Positions 54,019-64,000 of a stretch of DNA of 64,000 nt are shown here, in pieces. A program made the translations under genes and the position numbers. Under the pieces are notes generated by a model. It was not told the origin of the DNA and did not search any database. It saw only the letters and a program-made list of their open reading frames with translations. Numbering within the stretch: position 1 is the stretch's first letter; each line of letters starts with the position of its first letter. The stretch comes from Eledone cirrhosa (Eukaryota): the NCBI GenBank assembly GCA_964016885.1, contig OZ024743.1:296112001-296176000 (forward strand). Reading direction: 5' to 3'.

Positions 54019-54505
54019 TGTGTGTGTGTGTAATGCTCGCATATATTTATAGCTGTGATTTTGAAGTAATTTTTCCTTTTATATCGATGTGTTTTTGCTT
54101 TTGTTTGGTTTGCTTATTTGATTTTTGATTCTTTGAGAATGGAAGTATGTGTGGATGATTGGAAGTGTATCAATGCTTCCTTATCGCTCTTGGCGAAACA
54201 TATCGAACATCGACTTTAGAATGACTGATTGATAAAACTGTATAAAAAGACTTCGTCAAAGCATTCTTTGTTTTGTATTGAGCGTTGTTGTTCTTGTTGA
54301 TGTTCTTGTTGGATCTGTATTGTTTGTTAATTGGTCCATGTGTATGGACATACGTGTGTAAATATATATGTATACATGTGTCTCCGTATATATATATATA
54401 CGGAGACACATGTATATATATATTGGTATCTGCATGCGTATGAAACTTGTGTGCATGTGTGTGGTTTGAATCGATGTTTGCTTATACGAGTGAACTGCAC
54501 TTTTG

Positions 54506-54569
<64 letters not shown>

Positions 54570-56066
54570 CTATCTATATATATCACACATATCTATCACA
54601 CATATATATATCACACATATATATATCACACATATATATATCACACATATCTATCACACATATATATATATATAAATATATATATATATGTGTGTGTGTG
54701 TGTATGTATGTATATATATTACATATGATTGTGTATATATATATAAGTACATATTTACATAAATATATATATATATGTCTATCAGTGCGTATGTATGTAC
54801 GCATGTATAGGTATTGTATATTTCTACACATTATCATCTCCTAAAACTAATCATTACTATTGCGTTTACTAGTATGTTTCCATCTCATCCATCCACATCA
54901 TCTTCTTCACCTTTATCATAATCAACGTCGTCTACATCATCTTCATTAAAATTATCTTCAGTACCGCAATAATAACCACCACCAACGACATTATCTTCAT
55001 CATCACCACAACAGACGAACAAATAAATCAACAAATGTATTAATGAATTAATAAAATAAACGAAATGCTTATAAGTTTCCAAAAGTTTTTCGGCGTGTGA
55101 AATATTTATCTTCTTATTGTTTTCTTGTAGTACTGATCAAACTTGCATAGGTTAGTGGTCAGGGTTCTTGACTCATGATCATAATGGCTTGAGTTCGATT
55201 CCTGATACCGCGTTGTTTCTTTGTGTAAGGCATTTTATTTCACATTGCTTCAAATGTATTTCATATAGCCAGGCAGTGTCAATTTTCCTGAGAACTACAG
55301 TTTCGATATACATACCCCAAGAAAAAAAAATCAGTGCCCTTGACCCTTTTTCCGGGTCTTATGAGACTGGTGGAAGGAAAAGGGGAAGATTCCCAAACTT
55401 GAGATATGTCCCGAATAATATCATCAGAATGGACTTCAGCTGGTTGTGTTAAACCATGGGTATAGGCAACCATCTAAGTAAGCAAATACAGGATTTGAAT
55501 TCAAAATGCTAAGAGTCAGCAAACATGCTAAAACATTTCGTCCGGCACTTAAATTATTTTGCCAGCTCATCTCCTTGCTTTATAGGTCGATCCCGGGAGA
55601 ATGAAAGACAACGTTCAATTCAGCAAGATTTGAAATCAGAATCTGAGGTACCGCAAGACACTTTAACAAATCCGCTAATTTACCCACCTCGACTGGTATT
55701 TTATTTATCGACAACGAAAAGAAGAAAGTCGGTGGGATTTCACAACAAAACCTGCAGTAATTCCCACATTATATTTCGTCAGCAACTCCAATATTTTTAC
55801 TAATTCACCGCTTTTATGATTTTTAGAATTCGGTAACAGAAATCTGAGAATGTTATCCGCATAGAATAGAAACCTCCAAGGTGGTCGATATCGACTCATA
55901 TCAGTCGAGCCTTGTACCCGGAGTGTTAACTGAACTTTTGGCAGAAAACTTGATAAAAAAATTAATATATATGTATAATAATACGTGTTATTGATTTATA
56001 TATAATTAGTCATTATCGTATATTTATTTTACATTCTGTTTACTGATTTATTTATTTACTTATCAG

Positions 56067-56257
56067 AAATGTAATCTGAGTTTTTCGAATATTAATACTA
56101 ACATTCGATTCGTTTGCAATTATGCAAACAAGCCTCAATTTTATAGGATAATGAACACTTCATTCTTGCTCTTTTGTTGGCATGTGAGAGGCTTGTTTGC
56201 ATAATTGCAAATGAATCGAATGTTATTATTAAGATTCGAAAAACTCAGATTACATTT
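56067..56257. repeat. Inverted repeat, ~70-bp arms
   Basis: 56067-56136 versus 56188-56257. Confidence 0.85.
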
Positions 56258-56365
56258 ATTGTATTCAGCCATGTAGAGCGAAAATTTTCTTATCTACTTA
56301 TCTATATGTGTATAACCCTGAATTCGATGAAGGTTCAAGGATTCCATAAAGGCGGCGATGGTATA

Positions 56366-56472
56366 TAATTGTTTCTACTTTAGGCACAAGGCCAGCAATT
56401 ACCCAATGCATTATTGGTACTTTATTTTATCGACCCCGTAAGGATGAAAGGCAAACTCAACCTCGGCGGGAT
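56366..56472 (-). mobile_element. 5'-truncated SINE A with duplicated target
   Basis: gcggcgatggtatataat flanks both sides, with an extra tggtatataat. Confidence 0.8.
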
Positions 56473-56939
56473 TGGTATATAATGCGGCGATGGTATATAA
56501 TGATTGGAAATCACTGATCTGGAGATTTATTTCTCATCTGCTTAATGTTTGCAAACTGGAAATTAGCACCTTATCTTCAAAACTCTTCAGGATCTTACAC
56601 ATACTTTCAATTAACTCTTCAGATTTAGAATAGTTGATTTAACGAGAGCCTACACCATTTAGTGGTGGGTGGTGCGACAACGGAATCATTAGAACGTTTG
56701 AGAATATACCATTGCAGTATCTATCTAGTTACGAATCTTTATTGTCTAAGTTCAAATGCAGTGAATGTTCACTTTGATTTTCATATTTCTTGTGTTGACA
56801 ACATAAGTACTAGTTATGAACTAGAGTCAATTATAATTTAATCAAGTATAATTGCCCTGCAATCTTTCAAATTTCGCAAGTTTAAATTCCTTCCGTGGTC
56901 GATAATATAATGTATCACTAGAAAAGCACTACTTTACTG

Positions 56940-58450
56940 GTTTAAGAGTTTAAGATTTTGGCCAAGGTGCTGGTAATTATGTGGCGCTTGTGGTCAAACG
57001 TCTGGTAGAGGAACCGTAAAAGTGCACGATCCCAACCAAGTCTATACACTACAGCCTCCACCTCACGCGATACATCATAGAGAGGGTAGGGAGTAACCTT
57101 GGCTTCAGTGGGTATCTGATCAATTTAGATCGATCGAAAGATTTCGATACGGTCAACTATCGATAGCTGACGCTGTCCTCAAGGCAGCCAGTTTCGGTCA
57201 CATCTTCTGAGGTTGAATTGCTGCAATGTACAGTAGCATCTGCTTGGTGATCAGAGTAAATGAAGACATTTTGAAACAGCTTCATATCACGCGCACGGTT
57301 CGTCAAGGATGCCCTCTCTACTCCCTTCTCTACGTACTGATTCATGAGCCACAACTGCGGATGCTGGAGCTGCTACAGTGCATCTCGCTTGAGTTGGGGC
57401 GTGGAAGGGCTGCGTCGGCATACACGGAAGACGCCACCGTGATGGTGTCGGACACCTCAGAATTTGGGGTGGTCGGGAACTTCATAGAGGGATATGAAAC
57501 ATTGAAGGGAACAAAGATCAACCCGGAAAGGTTGGTAGGTTTGCAGCTCGACACTTGAGGAGGCAAATCCATACCATTCAACAGCGTCGATGGACGCTTG
57601 ACGGACGAACCAGTGAAGCTGCTTGGGGTCTGATTTGGCCGAGACTTCCAAGTGGATAAGGAGTGGGACGAATTGAGCATGGTGGCCACTCTCATCCAGA
57701 AATGGTCCAAGAGGAGGCTATCCCTGAAAAGGCCAAATTGATGTAACGAACGCGTAAATCGTTTCTGTCATCTACTACTGCCTTACCTTCTTGTCTTGCC
57801 CCAGTCTGCGCCTCACTAGATTGAAGCGCCTGTTCATTTAGTTTTTGGAGAAAGAACTGGTTCCACTAATCATGTGGTCCATCTACTGCGAACACTCTCT
57901 GCTGGAAGGGTTGAACAAGCCGTGGCTGATGATGAACTAATATGCACTGAAGCTACCGCACTTGCAAATATTCCTAACTGGGGAAGAGGTATGGTCGCCC
58001 ATTGTCAGGCAGGTCTTTCCGCAGCTCATCTCATTAGCTGAGCTGCAGTCGTGGGTCACGCGAAAAGCGAAACTGGACGCCTGGCATGTGTAATTCTGTT
58101 AGGTTCACAGAGCCCTCAAATAGTCTGGCGATGGGGTCTGTGGAAACTTTACACTAGTGTTTTATAGAGGACTAGTAGCAGGAGAATGCGACGTTGCTCT
58201 CGTAGCGACACTAGGCGTCGACGACAACGAACTAGCCAGTCTGTTCTGGAGGATTTCGAGACCGGTCCTATGGATAATTTCCAGAAATCCCTTGCTTGGC
58301 AGTGTTACCCGTGGGGGGGGGGGGATAACTGCTAGTTCAATACAATCTCAACAGCCACGGAAGAGATCCAAGATGTATGCAGAATGACGAAACTGTTCTG
58401 CACGCACTCGTCCAGTGTCCGGGTATTGCCCACTTGTTGAGTTTTGATGA
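56940..58450 (+). mobile_element. Decayed L1/Tx1-clade LINE ORF2 fragment (RT and downstream)
   Basis: KILAKVL, LINLDRSKDFDTV, VRQGCPLYSLLY, AYTEDATV; many stops and frameshifts. Confidence 0.85.
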
Positions 58451-58849
58451 TAGAAATTTCTGCAGTAAATCCATCTCTTCCACTTTTTGCAAAGGCGTTT
58501 TTCATTTCTTCTATTAAAAGAATGCTATATAATCCTGTTATAATTGGACATTGATGTAATTGTTTAAGAACAGATAAATCAACTGTTGAAGGTCTCTTTA
58601 ATAGCCAGAGTAGTGTTCTACTCAGTGCTTAAGTGTAGGTTTTGTGTTTCTCTGGAGTATTCTATCATCTTTAGATCGAATTGGTGCAATATTAGATGTA
58701 GAGTGTCAAATGATTTCACGTATATAACTATAAAATGGTTCTGTATCTTTTTTGACCTGTTGCAGCTTGTACTTTGCATGTCATTTCTTTCTACCAATTA
58801 TTTTTACTAAAATGAAATCCTCACAGAACATATGCCTTGAGGTTCTTGT

Positions 58850-59890
58850 ATCTGCGATTCATATTTGCTTAATTAGATTTATTACCTGCAGCATTTAGTA
58901 GGAAGATGTTTTCTATGAAGATGGAGAGATACCTGTTCATCATTGTCATCAGACCAATCTTGAGACGTTTACTTCTGAAAGTCAAGAGCAGGTGAAACTG
59001 CATCATACAACCTATCTTTAAAGTTTGACCTCAAATTATGAGAATTCAAAGCTATTGCGCTTGTCATATTTTCAAATACTATCTGTTTAGCAACAAATTT
59101 CGAGATTCCTGCGTTTAAGAGTTTGGGGAATTACAGGTTATCGGTCCTATGAGATGATTGATATTAGCTTTTTCGAGACAATGATATATCCAGCAGTCAG
59201 TTCCATGCATAACTTTCACACCATTGAGGTCTTTTTTATCACGGCTTCTCACTAGTATATAATCTATGATTTCGACATTTGGAGCGAAAATATAGCCAAT
59301 ATCTGTCTATAAGCAAGCTGTTCTGTCTGTAAAAGGTTAATAGTTGTATTCTATTACTGTTGTAATATGTACCACGCATTGACCAGATTAAATTATCTTT
59401 TCCTACTCTAGCATTGAAATTCCCAAGGATAAACATTGTATCTTCAGATGGAATCCTATTTATTATCAAGCTTAAGTCGGCATAGAATGGATTATTAGTA
59501 TTTTTACAGTACGGTAGAGTGGAAGCGTAGACACTTATAATTGTTGCAAAGCGTTTCTAAGCTTGTCCCAGTCGACAATGTATAATTATTTCTAAGAATC
59601 CTTGTGATAGCTCTTCTAGTTGATTCACAAGTGAGGTTTTTATAGTAAAACCTATACCTGACTCCTTTTTTGCTTAATCCCCTTAGCCTGTCAAAAACAA
59701 TGTGTACCCGACACCTCAGTCAGCGAGCTAAATCTTTTTTAGGATAATCGTGTCTCAGAGAGAGCCACAATATCAATGTCATACTTAGCAAAAATTCTTT
59801 GCTTTCAGTGCTGTTTTACTTTCATCAACTCTTTTTTCGTCACTACTCATACGTATTCTTACATTCCAAGTACACGATATTTCTGCTTTT
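58850..59890 (-). mobile_element. Decayed AP-endonuclease region of an RTE-like LINE
   Basis: TWNVR, DIVALSETR, GVGF, ILGNFNARVG motifs on the minus strand. Confidence 0.8.
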
Positions 59891-60189
59891 ATACAATATT
59901 TCTTTTTAGATTCAATTTGATTTTCTTATCTTTTTGATATGAAATTTTAGTTAACTTTATATTTTCCATAGTAGCGAGCTGATGACCAGGCCCAGGATGT
60001 GGAGTCAGACCTATTCACCTTTCGTTTCCAAGTCCTTATCGCAATATATAAACCACAGACTTTTACATTATCGTCTTGAAAATTGTTTAAATCAACTATT
60101 TGCATGGTTAATTATCTACTTAGACGCTCACTCCGCCTGTTGCAGACTCACATCAATATGAGATATTCTTCTCCACAAAGTTCGATGAC

Positions 60190-61280
60190 AAACAACAGAG
60201 TTTAAAGAGTGTTGGCTGTCTACCCTTGCTTCTCTTACCGGCTAACTTTCCTTCTAGGTATAAATTACTCACACTACGGGTTTATCTTTTGATATGACCA
60301 TACTGTTTAAGTACTCTTGACTTGATAACTGATGCTATTGGTTTAAGCTTGGTGATGTTGAGTAGCTCATTGATAGAAATATGGTCGCTGGGTCGTTTGT
60401 TGGTCATAAGTCTCATGTGGTTCAGGAATGTAGAGAGCTTCTGAAGTCACCTTGTCGTCCAGTTAACACAATCAAGAACATATAACACAAGATGTGTCAA
60501 ATAGCTTAGCCTTCAAATGATAAGACACTCATTTTGATCAATTCTAGAGTAACTCATGATGGCCAGATCGTCTGCATAGCTAAGATTTGATAGGATTTTA
60601 CATCCTATTTGATAGTCGGAGGAGCATTCTTCTTCAGTTTGGTAGATATAGATAACTGCAGCTATAAGGATACAGAAGTGCTGATAGTACATATACCTGC
60701 TTAACTCCCTTCAAGATGGCTATACACCGTGTAGTTCCCAGATTTGTTTTGATATATACTGTTGAGTTGGTGTATGTTTCTTTCAGTAGGTTGATGTATT
60801 TCTTCATAATTGAGGTTTTGTTTAAGAGTTGCCAAAAGCTGGGTAGTTTCACGTTGTCAAAAGCTTTTGTGAAGTCAATGGAGGTGATATGCACAGGGTT
60901 GTTGAATTCTCTTGATTTTTTCAATGATTTGCTCAATAGCTAGGATCTTACAGGTTGATACACAGCTTGTGTTTCAGGAAATGGGGCGTAAAGATCTGAC
61001 TTCACTCCATTCATGCTGCAATGATACTCATGAAAAACTTGTAAACATGACTCAATAGGCTAATAAAACGATAGTCTCCAAATTCAAGTCTGCTACCTGT
61101 TTTGTAGAGTAAAACTATTAATGCTTTCTTGAACATGTCTGGGCTTTCTCCTGTGGTGAAAATGCAGTTAAAAAGATGTTGAAGTGCTTTGATAAGTGGT
61201 TCACCTCCAGCTTTGATGAATTCTGAGTATATGTTGCCTAGTCCAGGGCTCTTTCCTCGCTTCAGATTGTTGAGGGCATA
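60190..61280 (-). mobile_element. Decayed RT region of an RTE-like LINE
   Basis: IDFTKAFDNV, KGVKQ...LS, LSYADDL on the minus strand. Confidence 0.8.
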
Positions 61281-62323
61281 TTGTTTTGGTGATTTGCAGA
61301 TTATTCTTCATACAAAACGTGTCAGGTCCCTCTTGAGTGCTAATGGTAACATGTAGTCCAGTACAACCTGTCGCATGGACGGGTCGTCGGCGATTAAACC
61401 GACAACCCCACCAAGCCTGCTTGGTGAGGAGGGTGATTTTAGAGACCCTGCTGGATGAAAAACAAAACCTAACAAAGGGTGGATGTATATATTTTGTGAA
61501 TCTAAGTACGTGGGATTGTGTTTTTTAACCTTTTGGATTGTTTTTACTTTATAATATTATACTTTTTACTTTATAATCTATGTACATCCACGAAGGTTAA
61601 AACACCAAGTTGAGTTCTAGCGCGAGATAGCCTCTCTTGATGAGGGTGGGTGGAGTCTCTCTGAGTCTTGAATTAACAGTCCACCATGTGATGGTGTCAC
61701 GATAGAAACATTGGTTTTTGCGTTACTTACAGGGGATCACACCAACAACCTCAAACTGGTTTGATTCATGCGAACAGAAAAAACACCCAGACAATGAAAT
61801 AGGCCTTCAATATCTGCACATACAACACATGTACTATCAACGATCTTAATACCAACTCCGTTGAAACAATGCTTTATGAACTTTAGAAAGTAAAAGAGGT
61901 CAAGCATAGATACTCATTAATTCGCTTTTTAACTATTACCCACCATAAGCACTTCTAATATCTTAATAATTGATAACAATACATTCTTTGATAGTAAAAA
62001 AATGTTAATCAAACCCAATTGGCAGGCAGAATCAAGTTCAGAGTAAATGATCGGTTGAACGTTTCTATTTTTCCGAACATTCTGCTTTTGTTGACAAATG
62101 CAGAGCTGAAGGAATACTCGTATAAGAAGAAATATTCTTCTACTTTCGTACGACTCCTTACCAACTGGTCACAACAATTATGGTGAATTAATACGTATTA
62201 TGAAGTGCTTAATGTGGGCTTCGTGAATAATGATAGCACTATAATGTCAAAATCATTCAAAAAGGGCGTATCATCTTTGCTGCAGTTTTAGATGTTTCAT
62301 TTCACCCATTCATTGTTAATAAT

Positions 62324-62506
62324 TGTTTCTACTTTTAGCACAAGGCCAGCAGTTATCCCAGTGTATTACTGGTACTTTATTTTATCGACCCCGTAAGGAT
62401 GAAAGGCAAAGTTAACCTCGACGGGATTTGAACTCAGACCGTAAAGGGACTTAACTATGCTAGAAAGCATGGCGTCCGACCCTCTACCGATACTGCCAAT
62501 TCACCG
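62324..62506 (-). mobile_element. Full-length SINE A with 13-bp TSD
   Basis: cattgttaataat at 62311-62323 and 62507-62519. Confidence 0.88.
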
Positions 62507-62934
62507 CATTGTTAATAATGTGCATCCGTTACAAACAACGATTTCTTTGTTACAATGTTCAAAATATTTTCTCAGTTCAGCATAAAATCGTTGCCTCATT
62601 ACACTAGGAAATGCAATAAATATATTCGGCAGACAGAAATCACCAGGTTGGGAGATAATCTTGAACCATACTGAATTAAATGGTGAAAGGAGAGGCATTC
62701 ATTATGCGTATGCACAAATGGAATAAATCAAACTGCTTTGGCCAATGTTCCTTTGTTGTTGTTGGTCATTTTACACGATGGCTAAATTCTCGGTAATCTA
62801 CAAAATACTGAGAAATGATGTACATAGAATTTTATTGATTGCTTTATCTTGTGTTAGTGTTTTAGATTTCTGTACCGTACCTAGCTATTCTGCATAAAAG
62901 CTTAGTTCCACACCATGACGGTTACAAATATACA

Positions 62935-63101
<167 letters not shown>

Positions 63102-63296
63102 AATAATGGAGCTGCGGCGTTGCAAATGGGTTACATATGAAAAAGTTTGTCCTTCATCGGTGGTCTTCCAACCGTCATAGGCATTTCATTGCTTTAAAGA
63201 CCATATACCTCAGGTTGGTGCGAGCAACGGCTAAAAAAAGTCGTTGGGACACGTAAATAAAGGGGACGCTAGGGTAAACAAACAAAATGGTTTAAG

Positions 63297-63344
<48 letters not shown>

Positions 63345-63348
<4 letters not shown>

Positions 63349-63800
63349 ACCAGTAAGACCCCGACAGCTGAGCTCAAGCCGTTTCGACGGCTAATTCTGG
63401 ACTAAATGAAAATTTATCCTGGTATTTAAATAGCCGATCTTCTCAAGGGGTAATTCCATATATGGTCAAAGTGATTGTCAAAAATCAGTAGTAATTCTGT
63501 GGTTGCAAATTAGTAGGGGAGATGGTGGCTAAACCTGCCAGTAGGAGAAAGAGGGGAGGGGGTGGAGTAGACCCAATCAAGCGTTGGTAGTGCCAGCTAC
63601 AGCTGGGCATGAGGTCAAAGAAGATACAGGGGAGGGGGAGGGGGAGGAAGTCGGAATGGTAGGTAGAACAATGGGGGGTAGAAAAATATATATAGGAAAG
63701 AAAAAATACTGAGAGTGAAGAAAAGCAAATAAGTGTAAAGAAAAAAGTAAAGTAAATTAAATTCTACGACCTAGGTCTCAGGCTATTGTTAGGCTAGAAT
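63345..63800 (-). mobile_element. PLE pLTR/3' region related to 45767-46300
   Basis: gaccccgacagctgagctcaagccgtttcgacggctaattctggac...ggggtaattccatatatgg. Confidence 0.7.
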
Positions 63801-64000
63801 AAAATAAATAAAGAAAGAAGTAAAGAAATAAATAAAGAAAGAAATAACGAAATAAGTAAAAGAAAGTACAAGTTCACTTTGCTGCACTGGGTCGTTGCTG
63901 GCCCGGGATGGAAACCTTTATTGTTTATTTCGTGGTAGTCTCTTTAGTATTTTGGCCCCTTTTGTTGACCCGTCACCATATCATTTACGTACTTATACCT

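Overview
AT-rich eukaryotic DNA, most likely a cephalopod (Octopus-like; inferred from the SINE families and the microsatellite load). It is intergenic or intronic, and I can support no host protein-coding gene. The window is a nest of mobile elements: two tRNA-derived SINE families, L1/Tx1 and RTE-like LINE fragments, a young 5'-truncated R4/Dong retrotransposon with a 26-bp TSD, non-autonomous Helitrons, a hAT element with 14-bp TIRs and an 8-bp TSD, and many Penelope-like elements (PLEs) with inverted pseudo-LTRs. The main signal is RNA structure. A near-identical 310-bp tandem array (35234-37587) carries a complete type I hammerhead ribozyme (HHR) in every unit, which fits a retrozyme/circRNA-type element. 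At least five other distinct hammerhead sequence families lie in PLE ends or foldbacks between 32 and 53 kb. Most long ORFs in the track are microsatellite artefacts. All alignments and folds were done by eye, and boundaries are approximate unless a TSD or TIR is quoted.
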